A stretch of DNA of 64,000 bases from Lama glama (taxonomy: Eukaryota), in contig CM052816.1 in NCBI GenBank assembly GCA_028534125.1, positions 74,464,001-74,528,000 on the forward strand, in the 5' to 3' direction. Positions 38,235 to 51,171 of the stretch are shown here, piece after piece. Every line of letters starts with the position of its first letter. Positions within the stretch are counted from its first letter, which is position 1. The position numbers and the translations under genes are program-made. The notes beneath the pieces are model-generated. The model had not been told where the DNA came from, made no database searches, and saw nothing but the letters and a program-made list of their open reading frames with translations.

Positions 38235-39526
38235 GGTGGGTGGTGGGCGTAGGGTTCCAATGTGGGATGGAGCAAGCAGTGTTAGTAGAACATTCTTAAC
38301 TGTTTTCTTCTCATTTCTTCACAGAAAGTAACAATAAGTCACTACGTCTGCTGAGTGAAGGCTTTGGAACAGACTGGCTAATGTCACCAACAGCTACCCC
38401 TTTTACAGGCCCTCACATTAATTAGGGAGATTAACATGACAAATACTTCTAAACCAGGGGAGTTGTAAAGAGTCTGTGGTCTGGAACAACCGACACATGG
38501 ATGACGTTTGTTAAAAGCAGGACCAACCCTCCCTCTGAGTCACCGCCAAGAAAAATGATGTTTACATCTCTTATTAGAAATGTACTCTGCAATTTAGTCA
38601 TAAAACCCAAACGATGGTTTCATGACGCCAGAAAGACCAATGAAACAGCAATGGCTTAAACACAATCAGGTACACTGTCTTCCCTTCCTTTGCTGTGCAC
38701 TCTGGACTCTGGCATATACTTCAACTGAGGGGGAAAAATCCACCCCTAGTATTTAATTAAAGGTATCTACTGTGTGATCAGGATTTTTTTAGGGGGGGAA
38801 GGGGTTAGAACTAGCATAAAACATGGGCTTTGACTAGATTAACTGCAACATAATTAATTTGTGCAGCCCACACAACTCATTGAGTCCTGCGCACAGTATG
38901 AACATATATATGAAAATGTTGCGAAATGCTGTCACAGAACAATGGACAAAGTTACATGGTAGCTTAGGGGCAGAACAGGTCTTCAGGCCTAGAGGATTTG
39001 GAAAAGCTTCCCCAGAGAGCTGATGTTTGAGTTCGTCTTGGAGATGAAGAGATAGCTGGCCCAGGACAGGAGGGGGATGTGCAAAGCCATTTTAAGGAGA
39101 AGAGATGGCTTGTATGAAGGCAGAATTTTGGAGCCTAAAGCGATTTAGTTGAAAGGACCAATCTGTCTGTTACCATGATCATTAGGAAAAGAAATATCTT
39201 AAAATAATAATGACAAGACAATACAGGACTTGTAAAAACAGGCAGATTCCTAAACTCAATAAACTGATTGTTGGCCTACAATAAATGATTTCATCTTTTT
39301 TTCTTTTACATTAATTTGCCCTTACTTAACCTCTAAAGAGAAGCCTATAAGAGCAGTTGAAAAGGAAATCCTGAAAAAAAAAAAGTTTTTTGTTTGCCTG
39401 TGCAATTTCGGTCAGTCATCCATCCAGTTACCGAATCCCAAATAAAACAGATAAAGGACAATATCTCGAATCACAGTAAAGCCGGGGCAATATTGCTGAA
39501 GGCAGAAAAAGGATAGAAATTCTTAC

Positions 39527-39592
39527 TTGTCTCTAGGCCTGGATTAACTCTCTGCAGACTCTGGGATCCTCTGACAAGGAGAGCTGGTGTGG
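39527..39592 (-). CDS. GHR: Growth hormone receptor coding exon 3 (66 nt, phase 1-1)
   Basis: Not in the ORF track. Reads cttctctttctgtttcAG|CCACACCAGCT...CTAGAGACAA|GTAAGA and encodes (A)TPALLVRGSQSLQRVNPGLET(N). It splices in frame to exon 4 (A+AT = Asn, giving an N-S-S sequon). Confidence 0.97.
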
Positions 39593-42500
39593 CTGAAACA
39601 GAAAGAGAAGAAAACCATTAGTCACCCCTATAAAAAATGGTCTGACAGGGCCTCGTTACAATCTCATCTTCAAATGACAAAATGTGGCCTGGCCCAACCT
39701 CACAACAATTCCCTCCTTTTTCTTTCTAAAACTAAAATTGCACCTACCCTCTAAAAAGAACTCTTAAAGATTCAGAGCAAATGGAAAACTTCTGGTCTTA
39801 TTTACCTCTGGTCCCATGCCTGGACTCGGTCAGGAACAATGAAAAAATGCCTTCCTACATCACTTGAGTCCAGACTTAAGTCTTGCTTGTGAAAACAAGG
39901 AAGAACATAAATTCTTTTTAAAAACAGTATTTAAAAAAAAAACAGTTCAGTCAAAAATGTTTATTCTTAGAAATAAACATGTGAGCAATCCTGGGAGTAG
40001 GGAAGGAATGAGGGGAAGTGAAAAGTTGGACAAGAGGGAGACGGAACTTTCTGATGTGATGTGGGTAATGAGTCATCTATTATAAAAGCAGTTCTAATTT
40101 TATTGATACTAGTGTTAGGTTGCATTAAAAATAGGGAAAATGGAAAACGATCAACGTAGTTACCATTGAACTGCTGAACTGGGTTGCTCTGCAAATATTT
40201 CAGCTACAAAAGTCTATAACTGCTATCTGGGCTTGGTGGAGAAGGGGTGTCTCCAGGAGTCTCCACATCACATCATGTTATCCTTGGGTTATCAGAGAAG
40301 CAGCTTGGTCCAGGCCCACCACAAACACCGAGCACCACCTCAAAGCAGTGAAATTGCTGGCGCTTCTGGTCCTCAATAGAAACCCACAATAACAGTGCTA
40401 AAAAAAAAAACTTTTTTTTTTTTTAACGAGAGCAAAAAATTCTATTGAATTTTTACATGCAACCAGGAACCTTTACAAGAGAATGAAGATATCTGAGAGT
40501 TACCAGAGTAGGAAGAGTTTATTCCCTTTTAGACAGAAAAAAAAAACCATATGTGAAGAACTGACAAGACAAGGGGGTTTGGGCCTGCTTGCAGTAGTAA
40601 ATGGTAAAGTAACAAGATTTGTTTATACAGTCATCTAAGCCCTAGAATGTCCGCCTTCGTCCAGGAAGAGATCTTTCTTCGATATGAAGAAAAGAGAAAG
40701 ACAATGAAGATGTGTGTCAGTGAGCTGACTCCTCCCATCTCCCAGAATTTCAGGGTGGGCTGAATCCTGGTCTTCTGTCGGGATCCACTTTCCAGTGTGT
40801 GTTTCCACTAACTCGCCCTACCTGGCTCAGCAGTAGGAAGCTGGGTCTGGGGTTCAGAACACGGAACCCACCAGAGGAAGATAAGAGTCTCTCATTCAAT
40901 GCTGCAGAATTCTAACCCCTGAGAGTGTTTTCAGTCTGGGCATAGAAGTGATAGTATTTTTCCAAGTGAAGATAGGTTTGGGGGGCTTTGGTGAATTAAT
41001 ACTTGAAATTCTGTGACTACTGTCTTGAAAAGTGTTTCTTTTCATTCTATCTATAAATTTTAATATTAACTTCATCATTGGTCGAAGCTCATTTACTCCC
41101 ACATGCAAGAAAGAATTATGACAAAAAGCAGATGGAATACACGTTTTCCTGGAGTAGATAATGTAGTGCACTTTGATTGTAACGTGACCAGAAAGGAAAA
41201 TTGCATTTTATGAAAATCCCCTGAAGTCTACTCACTGCCTTGATCTCTTAAGACTTGTTTATGACCATTGTCTAGACCCCAACCCCCACCCCGGATTCCT
41301 TGCTACAAATCAGAGAACACTTTATTACCTCTTGCCTCAACTGGGCACTAACACATTATTTTGGGTCAAGGATTGGCAAGTTTATGTAACTTCCAACTTT
41401 GAATGACCTGTCTCACTGACAACTATATATGCCTTGAGAAAGTTTTGATAGCTTGAAAAAAAAAAAAAGAGGAAAGTTAAGTCAATCATGGAATGACACA
41501 CAATCACATGTGTTACTTTGGTCAAAATTATCCAGCAAGTTTGTCTCAATTTTCAGCTTGAAACTGAGAAAACAGACACCAGTTTCCAGGCTCAGATCAG
41601 CAGGAAAGTTGACGGATTTCTCCAGAATGATGACTGACATGGAATGTGGGGGTCAGTCATTAGGCCCCCAGGGAACCCACGGAGCCAAACCCCAGGCCTG
41701 GAAATGCCTGGGGAGGCCTGGCCACCCCTGACTCCTCCCAAGCTAGGATTTTGCTTTCCTTGCAGACAGACATCTGGTGCTTTCCTCTTCATGTTTGGTA
41801 ACATTTTCACGAAACAAAAAGCCTTACTCAGCTAACACCCTCCGCAATATGCTATGAATCAAGACATAAAAGGAAGCAACAGCATCCTTCGGGAAGAACC
41901 GCAGATCTATGCCAGTGCCAAGAGGCTGCCGGTTCCCAGAGGCCAGCACAACAATCAAAACTGTGCCACCTTAGCAAATGGAGGTGTCACCTGCAGTTGT
42001 CAGTTTTCGTGTCCAAGCTGTTGTCACTGGCTAGAGGGGCTGAGCAACGAGGGAAAACAAACAAAGGGTGACAATAAGTAGAGAATCACAGCTCCAGTAT
42101 ATCACATAGGGGCTTTCAAATGCTGGCATTATGACATGAATGAGCTCCAGCCCCCAAGCTACAGCCTTGGGGAGCCCACAGCTTCTGGGCAGGGATCTAT
42201 AAAGGAAGGAGAGGTCAGCAGTGGGGAGTGATGCAGTGGCCCTTAACGAGTCTGGAGGAGCTTCCTGGGGAAGGTGACTCCTTGAGATGGGTATTGAATT
42301 TGGGATAAACAAGCAATGAAGAGCAAAGGAAAGGGCAGTTGGAGCCAAGAGAAGCATTGGACAGAGGCGAGAGGTAAGATGCAGCCTGGGCATGTAAAGA
42401 GCAGTGCTTTGTTGGAAGAAGGTGGAGCACAGCTGAGCTGGGATGTGTTGAGTGGGGGAGAAGTCAGGGGCATCCTGGGGGTAGTCTTTCCAAACAACTT

Positions 42501-42639
42501 AATTTTGATCCTGCAAACACTGGAGAATGACTGATTTGTAGTGCCCTGGGCTGCAGCTTCACGTGGTGGATCTGCCTAAGAACGAACTGCAATCTAACCT
42601 TTCCTACTGATGTCCAGCTATGGACTCAGCTTCCCAACT

Positions 42640-42800
42640 ATGGCACATAACTAACTGGACCTCAGTTTCTCTGTCTGTAAAATGGGGACAGTAGCAGTAT
42701 CTACACCTGTGAGGTTTAAATCAGTTATTACATGCAATATATTAAATATACAATATAATAAGTGCTTAGTAAACATTAGATAATGTTATCATTATCACCG
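42640..42800 (+). mobile_element. MIR
   Basis: cctcagtttctctgtctgtaaaatggggacagtagcagta. Confidence 0.75.
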
Positions 42801-43371
42801 TTATGATTGCTACCACTACGCCGAAAGGGCCTGTCTTTTCCCATGGAGAGCTTGACAGTGTTTTCATATGAGACCTTGTGAGCTTAGGGCTTTGCACATA
42901 CGAGGACAGGACGCTGCCCTATGCCCGGCAAGACCCCCTCTACTTAGGTCCTCCTGAGCAGGCCGGATGCAGGCAGTGGGATCCTGGGGAAGTGATATCA
43001 GTGGAACTGGGGATGGGAATCCACCTGGGACTAAAGGCAGTCAATTCCAGTTCTTGGAAGTTGGTCAATTCTCTACTGTCTTGGTAAGAAAGATAGTGGG
43101 GGAAAAAAATCAATGTTCTTGCGAGGACCGTAATTTTCCAGTTATATGGCATTTAGAACAAGCCCCGAATAGACAGTGCAAACACAAGTAAACCAAGATA
43201 CCACAAGTGGCAACCAGTCTACACAATGACAAGAGATAATGGAAAGGGCCTTGCATGGCATCTCCATAAAACAAGCACTGCTTAACGGGAGCTATTGTTA
43301 TCACTGATGGCCTATGGTTGTGGTAATGACAGTGAGGTACCTGTTGTGAAATCCCTATTTCAAGACTTCTG

Positions 43372-43486
43372 ATTGCGGTCCTCATCTGCAGTATATACAT
43401 ATATCAAAGCATCATGCTGTACACCTTAAACTTACACAGTATTTTATGTTAATTTTATCTCAATGAATCTGGGGAGGGAAAAAAAA
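43372..43486 (+). mobile_element. Old L1MA-like 3' terminal fragment
   Basis: catcatgctgtacaccttaaacttacacagtattttatgttaattttatctcaatgaatctgggg followed by an A tract. Confidence 0.75.
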
Positions 43487-44194
43487 GGACTTCCATTGAG
43501 AGGTCTGGCTTTCTCCTTCAGGGCAGGTTAGTTGCTCTTTACCGAACAGCCTTGGAAACCACTCTCACACCCTTTGCTGTCACTGCTGGTTTTCCCGTGC
43601 CCTGTGACACACAGCGTTTCTTGAGATGGGTATTGCTTTTGTCTTTGTAACCTATTCAGAACACAGGGCATGGCACCTAGTAGGAAAAAAAAAGCTTCCC
43701 AAACAAATGAGGTAGATGAAGATGAATGACTAATGCTTTAAGCTTTGGCTTTTAGGCTAAAAGGGAATCAAATAAAAATAGTTTATTCTCAGCAAATTTT
43801 GTCTCTCCTTATAAATCTCAAGTTTGCTTGCCTACTTTTCCTGCCTTTTTGAAGTCTGTTTATCCTTGAGCACGTTCCAGAAATTTTCCCTGCTTGGATT
43901 TCAACCCCAAAACTCTTTCCAGACCTACATTTGCCTTCCTGTCCTTTTTTTCTCTCTCAAACTATGATCACCATCACCAAAGAGTATTCAGTTTAAAGTC
44001 CTCACTTCCTCCAGATATGCAGCCTCTTTGCAATAAGGCTCAAGTTCAAGCTCACTGTCTGGTCACATTGATGCTATGCCTGGACCATCCTGCTGCCTCT
44101 GAAGAGGATGGCCGATGGCAAAGTCAAAAACTGTGTGTGAGGTGTTTATATCTCACATTGATTGTGCCCTTTAAATGCATCAGGCCCCACAAGT

Positions 44195-44520
44195 CAGGTC
44201 ATTTTACAAATTATCCCATTTTACCTGTACAACAACCCTTTGAATTAGATATTATTAGTACATTGTATGGATGAGGGGTCTGAGGCTCAGAGAAGTTAAG
44301 TCACTAGTCTAAGTCTACCCAGCAATTACACGGCAGAGGCCAAATCTGAATGGCAGCCAGGCTCTGACTCCACCCCACTTTACTGTTTCCCAAACTTGCC
44401 CGACCATCAAGATCTACTGTGGCGTTTGTTAAATGTACAGATTCCAAGGCCTAGTCCCAGGTCTGCAGATTCTGAATCTCTAGGGCCCTGGTCAGTCCGC
44501 ACGTTGGCAAGGTCCCGAGA
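44195..44520. mobile_element. MIR (minus, about 44195-44370) followed by a MER5-like fragment
   Basis: tgaggctcagagaagttaagtcac; gtttcccaaacttg...ttgttaaatgtacagattccaaggcc...ctgaatctctaggg. Confidence 0.65.
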
Positions 44521-45533
44521 ATCTGTACACTGACCTTGCACGCCCCATCCCCCAGCCAGCTGGCTCTTATGACATCACACGTTTGGGAAACTTCACTGGC
44601 TACTACTTCCTGGCTCTGGTCAGTCACTGCGTCCTCTGTGGGGCTCCCCTTCTAGGCTGCCCCACTAAATGCCCACAGCTGGTGCTCATGACCAGGCACT
44701 TGTAGAGCACAGGCTGATTTATTTGAATGCTGCAGACATTCTGGAAAGTTCTATGGATGGGGCCAGGTTGCCGAGGCCTTGGGCAGGAACACCTTTCAGC
44801 GGTCAGTTCATGAGCAACCAGGCAAGGCTCGTACACCCAGGGCTCCCCGCCGGCTCTGTCATCCAGTTACGTTTACACAGCAGGTCCCGGGGCTGCATGG
44901 TCACCTTGGTCACGGCTACCCTTTGGCACACCAAGTCCTGGGCCTGAGTGCAGTGACAATTCTAAGCTGGAACTTTTTTTTTTTTCGAGGCTTACTGGCT
45001 TAACTGAATTCCCATCCATAGTGAAATGCATTATCTTGAACGCATTAAAGCTCTTGGCAGCTCTAAAGAAGCCTGTGCAATCTGAACAGGAAATCTTTGA
45101 ACCTTTCAAATAGACAGTGTCACCTCCCCAGATCGCCATGAGGGAATGTGTTTCCTCTATGCTTGAACACTAAATCGTGGAGCACATATATAAGATAATT
45201 TAAACAAACAAACACAAAGGAACCCGAGAGGATGCTGGTGGTTTCACGCACCTTTTAAGGCTTAAAAAAGCTGTTTTACAAACATATGGCAATTTTGGAG
45301 GAGAAGCTGATGTCATGAAAAGAAACACATGCTGACATAGATCTGGAGCAACTGTAACTTGCTGTCAGTGAACTGAGAGAGTAGCTGGGCCTCGAGGTAA
45401 GAAGAATCAATGTGCGTGTGAGACCTTTCCTCGCAGCTCTCCCTCTGGCTCAGTGCGACAAATGTGGGTGTTTCCTAACAACTTGAAGCTTCACATATTC
45501 CTTTCCTGCCTGGCAGGGCTCTCTTGGTGAGTT

Positions 45534-45575
45534 CACACACACACATGTGCGCACACACAAACACACACACGCTCA
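45534..45575. repeat. Imperfect (CA)n
   Basis: cacacacacacatgtgcgcacacacaaacacacacacgctcac. Confidence 0.8.
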
Positions 45576-48500
45576 CGTCCTCCTGACACAAGCTTATGCA
45601 CATACTGAGGACATCTGTTTGCAATTAAAGACAAAAACTAGGGCCTGACTTTTCAAATGTAGCTCTTCGGGTGATAAGGCCAGTTAAGGGGGCAGTGACT
45701 TGCGCAGAACACATTGGGAGGGGGAGTTTTTTAAAAAGCAGAATATGAAAGGGAGCAGTTAACATGAATGCCGGGTCTCAGCTGGCTTGCATCTTCCTTT
45801 GGCAAAGCTTCTCAGCAATTCCACCCGCTTTCCCTTCCAACTGCTTGGAGAACAGTGCACCACCCTGCCCAGCTAGCCACCCTTACAGCCGTGTCTCATT
45901 ACGGAGAACAGCAAGTGTGTCAACACCTGGCAGCGGGCCGTGAGCCAGCCCTCTGGGCCTTGTGATAGCAGGGGCCCGGGGGAGTCACAGCCCTGCTAAG
46001 AGGGGCAAACAGAGTCCGGGTTGGCCCTGGGCCAAGATCAACCCTAGGTAGGCCAGTCCGGGGTACAGGGCTGGGACTGGAAGGGTAGACACAGAGAGAG
46101 CACTACAAGGTCAGACCGCGGTGCAGGGAGAAGGACAGAAGGGTCTCTTCCCTTACAGTGTTGCCGTAGATGTTTTTAATACCTGGGAAGTCACACATGA
46201 AAGCAATAGAGTCAGACAGATTTAATAAAGTCCAAAGCTCAGATGGTGACTCACGGATGATGTGCCGGAGCTGGACCCTCTCCCTAACTGTGCTCAGTGA
46301 GATCACTTCATTAACTTGAAATCGGCCAGAGTGGGAATACTTACACCATCAAGACTGGCGAAGGCTACACAGCAAGGCTCTGAGCCATCTAAGTCTGTGG
46401 AAATTTCATCCATCTTTCAGGATCAATGTGAGTGTCTTCTCCTCCACGAAGCACTTCTGATTTTCTCCCAGATGGAATCCATCTCTCCATCCTTTGTGCT
46501 TTCCCACAATAGCTGGACCACTGCCCTTATTATTTATTCCCTGCCTGGCATCTTAGTTCGCTGACTTGCCAGTGAACAATGAACTCCTGGAAGTCTGAAG
46601 GCAAGGACCATGTGGTCTACCTCCTTTCGGTCTACCACAGCATTAGCACAGTTCCTTAAACAGAACGAGTGCCTAACACACATCTGTGACATGACCGAGC
46701 ATCTCACTAGAAGTCTTCCAAGGAAAGTGGTTAGGCCCATGACTTTACTTATATTACTATTTTGAATTTAGCAGACATTTTGTGGTTTCTGGAGTCTCGG
46801 TTTTCCCAAGATCCTAAAGCAGATCATTAGATCTTATGATAAGTGTCCTCCTGGGACCATGAATTCTCAAACTTGAGGCAAAATCAGTGTATTTCAACTC
46901 CTTATCATGGTATTGAACCACTCAAGAGTGTTCAGTGAGGGGAAGAATGAATGAAAATAAGGTCATTTAATTTCCTCACCTGCCTTCCTGTCACCTGGAT
47001 AGATGCATCTGGCTCATTTTGGTTACAGCAGTGAGCCAAGCTTTTGCTACCGAAGTGTACAGTACTTGCCCATTGACTAGGCTGAGACTGGTAGCAGTGA
47101 CTCTTAAGCCCTGGGGATTGGTTGTTTTGGCAAACTTACCAATCTCCTTGTGGAGCCCGGGCAGGGTTTCAGAAGCACAGCACGTTAAAGGTCTCCCAAG
47201 CAAGCATGTACTTTGCCAGAGTTTCTAAGGTGTGTTTTCCCCGCTCTGGGCAAAATCACCTTTCATAAACAGGTTGGTCTCAGCTCCTGCCATTCTGCCT
47301 CTCATTTCTGAGCTCCATTCCTCAATTTCCACGTAACATTTTTTGAACACAACCCTATTCCCTTGGGAAGTAGGTATTTGAGAGCTAGAGAAAGTGGTCT
47401 TTGGTCAGGAGTGTGAGCACTGACCACGTGCCAGGCTCTGTCCTAGACGCCGGCTACAACGGAGCCGAGAGCAGATGGCGGCCTGCCTATCTGGGTGTAC
47501 AGGCTGGTGTGTGCGGAGGCAGACAACCAACAGGTGAGCCAACAGACAATGCCAGGGAGCAGGCAGGGCAGCAAGACGGGGGGAGAGGGGCTGTTATAGA
47601 CCTGAAAGCAGCATGAAGGAATACAGGCCCTTGGAAGGGACTGGGGGACAGGGAGGAGGTCGGTCAGGTCAGTGTGGGAGGAGCACAGGGAGAGAAGGAA
47701 CAGAGGGACGCAGGGAGAGAAAAAGGATCTGAGGTCGCAAGGGTGCCAGGGGCTAGACGGCGCGCTGTCTCGCAGGCCAGGGTGAGGACGTGGGTTGCTC
47801 ATATCATCACACCAGGTTCCATGAAAGCACCCCAGTGAGCTGCTGTTGCTGCCAGGCCTGTCCCATGATGTTGTGTCTTTCCCACGTGAATCCTTCGCTG
47901 TAACAGTTGGGAACTGGGAGGTGTACAGTGAATTAAAGCCAATTACCTTTAGCCTACTGTACTTGGTCAGGGTTATAGACACAAACCAGAGGGCCATTTG
48001 TTTATTCAAGAACCTACTTACTGAGCACCTATTATGTGCAAGGCACTGTGCTAGGCATACATATGGTGGTGAACAGACTATCAAAGGGCATAAAGGTCAT
48101 CTCTCTCTATTCCCCTAAATGGAGCCTTAGCCCCAGACCATCTGGCACATTCCTGATTCCAGGCCTTTGCTCGCCTTATATCATTCTCCTTGCTTTCTCC
48201 AGAATGGGGAGAAGACCAGCGGTAACTCCCATCTATGGAGTGGGGATAATTCAGAACAGGAGATGATGTACGTAAAGTGTTTAACAGAATGTCTGACACA
48301 CAGTGTTTATGGCTCCACTTGCCTCTCAGTTAAAGGCATTTATTATCTATGCCACTCATCTGATTATTTATGTCCATCCTATGCTGATTCTTGCACGATT
48401 TCGTTTGCCTGTGTCTATATACTTGCCCCCTCAATTAGATCACAAGTCCCTTGAAAGCAGGAACCACATTTTATCCCTTTCAACCCTGCACACTGTAGGC

Positions 48501-49624
48501 TCTCCATTAATATCTGGAGTTTGGTGGCTAGCAGGCCTTTTCCTCTCCTTTCGATTAGGCTCTATCAGATCGCAGGTTTATTGGTTAACAGAGAGTCTTA
48601 GTGGAAGGTAATGTACACTTTATAGATGTATTTGCCACAATTTTGTACAGTAAAAGAAAACAGAAGACTTTGACCCAGCTTCTTTCTCTCAGATACTTGA
48701 CTCGAAATTTGTAGATTCATTTTCTGAAGGCCAGTCTTGGAAAGAATCATTTGAGACTCTGTAGCTAGCCTGCGACCAGTTCTCAAAATTATTTTGCCGT
48801 GGAAAACAGAAGCTCTACCAAAAAATGAATGGCGATGGATAAGGTGACAATCCACCTTAGACATGTGTCTTGGCAACAAGGGACCTGACGCTTATCTTTT
48901 TGAACTTTGTCCTTTTTCACTGAGCCTTCTGTAGTTTTTGGCTCCAGTGAGAAGACTTTTATGGGTGCTAAAGTTTAACTTTAAATCTAACTTTAGCGTT
49001 TCCAAAATGGACAATTAAAATTAGAGTCAAACAGTCAATCAAATCACAGGACATCAATTTCAAGGGGAAAATTATACTGGGTGTGAAAAAAATTTTGTAT
49101 GACATGTTTCTGCAGGACTCTGTTTATACTGAAAAGGAGCTACGTTGCTTTGTAGCTATAGGGCAGGCAACGTCTTACAGTCGAAAATAGGAGTTTTGAG
49201 TCCTCGCTTGTTTAATATGATGACGACATGACATAAAGAAAAAAAAATCAAAAGCCTTATTGACCATCCATATGTGGCCACTCCTCTGGCCAAAGATGCC
49301 TTGCACAGTGTGCCTTTGTGTCAGCCTGAAGGGGCTCCCTGCCCATAGGCTTTCTGGCGGGGCAGGGACACTGTATGGCTTTAAGTGTTCCCTGATCGAA
49401 TGTGGGAAAAGCAGCAGCTAGCCAAGTTCTGAACAGAGTTTTTATTGTGTTGAGGCCAGGAGGGGAGAGGAAGGGAGAGGGACCGGACTCCCTCCCACAA
49501 CTTCTGCCCTGCTCCACTTTCTGGTAGATGGACGTTAAAGAGGCTGGGAAAGACACCTTTGGGTAGAGAAGACACAGAAAGATCTGGGACTTTGTATAGT
49601 TCATGTTTACAAAATCTGCAGCAA

Positions 49625-49715
49625 ATGCAAATGTATTTAAATTTATATTTCATTTATATTAAATTTACACTTTACTTACATTTATACTTATATTCATATT
49701 TCTATTTATATTTAA
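49625..49715. repeat. Degenerate (TTTATA)n low-complexity tract
   Basis: atttatatttcatttatattaaatttacactttacttacatttatacttatattcatatttctatttatattta. Confidence 0.75.
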
Positions 49716-49840
49716 TGAACTTCCTAGCAGCAGCTGGTGCAATAGAAAAGCACCCAAAATAATATGTATGAACATTTACAGTGTATCAGTTGTTTGCTAT
49801 TAACCCCCTGCCCTAAATTGGGAAATCTGAATGGCCCAGT

Positions 49841-49997
49841 TTTTTTTTTTATTTCTTTTTTGGGGGAGGAGGTAATTAGGTTTGTTTGTTTGTTTGTTTG
49901 TTTATTTATTGCTATTTTTGATGGAGATACTGGGGATTGAACCCAGGACCTTGTGCATGCTAAGCACATACTCTGCCACTGAGCTGTGACCTCCCCC
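49841..49997 (-). mobile_element. tRNA-Ala-derived camelid SINE (Vic-1 type) with internal (TTTG)n
   Basis: Reverse complement: gggggaggtcacagctcagtggcagagtatgtgcttagcatgcacaaggtcctgggttcaatccccagtatctcca...cctaattacctcc. TSD ccagttt(t/c)tttt at about 49836 and 49999. Confidence 0.9.
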
Positions 49998-51171
49998 TCC
50001 AGTTTCTTTTTAACGGAAGGAGCACATAGGGAAAAGGGATCTAGAGAAGCCAGAAATGGCTAGGCCACCAATGTCACTTCAAATGAAAACTACAACAGGA
50101 TGTTGCTCTTTCCAAAGAATGACATCAACAAACAATCAAAACATTTATCCAGGAAGCATGCTCGGTTTTGAGTCCCGAGGAGGAGTGGTGCTCTCAAGAA
50201 TCTTCTTTCCTCCTCCCAGATCTTTGAAGCCCCGCCTGAATGATTGATTCCACTTCCTAGTTTCTTCTCTTTTGAATCCACTTCAGCTGGGCTTCTGACC
50301 CCTCCCCCGCCCTCCACTAAACCCTTTCTTGTCAAATCCAGTGGTCTCTTCTCCTTCCTTGTATCACTCAGCTTTCCAGATGCATTTGACTCAGTGGAGC
50401 ATTGCCTTTTCAAGATTCGTTCTTTGCATGGAATCCATGACACCAACTTCGCTTGGCTTCCCTTTTACCTCACTGGCTGTTCTTGGTCTTCTTCGTTGGC
50501 TTCTCTTCCTCTGCTTTACCTCTAAATATTGTAGTTTCACAGACTCTTCACTTACTTTGCTTCCTGCCTCCCCACCCTGCGATGGAAATCTCATCAAATC
50601 TCATGGCTTTAAACATCACTATACGCTGATGGGTCCCCACTTCTATCTCTAGCCCGAACCTCCCCATTGAACTTCAATCTCTACTCAGCCTCTGGGCACC
50701 TTCACTGGATATCCAATAGGTGTCTCAATCCTAACACAGAACTCTCGAGTAATCCCTGATGAACCTGTTCCCTCTCAGCTCTTCACAATCTCTGTAAATT
50801 ATTTCACCATCCATGCTGCTACTTAATCCAAAAACCTGTAGGTGGTCTTTGTTTCTATACTCTCCCCAATAACTATCCCCTTATTTAATCCAACAACGAG
50901 TTATGTCAGTTCCATCTCAATTCACTTCTCTCCTCCTTTGCTATTATTATAGCCCAAGCTCCCAACACTTCTTGCCTGGACTATCAAATAGCATCCTAAT
51001 TGGTTTTTTCACTTCCACTTTTGTCCTTCTTTGATTAACTATTGAAACATTACACAGGTTGACCTTTGAAAAGCATAAATCAGATCATGATACTTCACTG
51101 TCTAAAATTCTCCACAGCTTTCCATGTAATCAGATCCAAGTCCAAACTCCTTATAATGCCACCAAGATCCC

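Larger units (their letters stand above)
1669..39526 (-). other. GHR: GHR intron 3 (37,858 nt including the 500-N gap)
   Basis: GT at 39526-39525 and AG at 1670-1669 between the two exons. Confidence 0.93.

Noticed and set aside
40400..40424. A11-C-T13 hairpin (similar at 39374-39391); possible retrocopy tail
   Set aside because: Adjacent homopolymers with no TSD or recognisable upstream mRNA.
47443..48084. 213-aa minus-strand ORF
   Set aside because: No recognisable protein; overlaps degraded L2-like sequence (AQCLAHNRCS is a typical L2/MIR tail translation).
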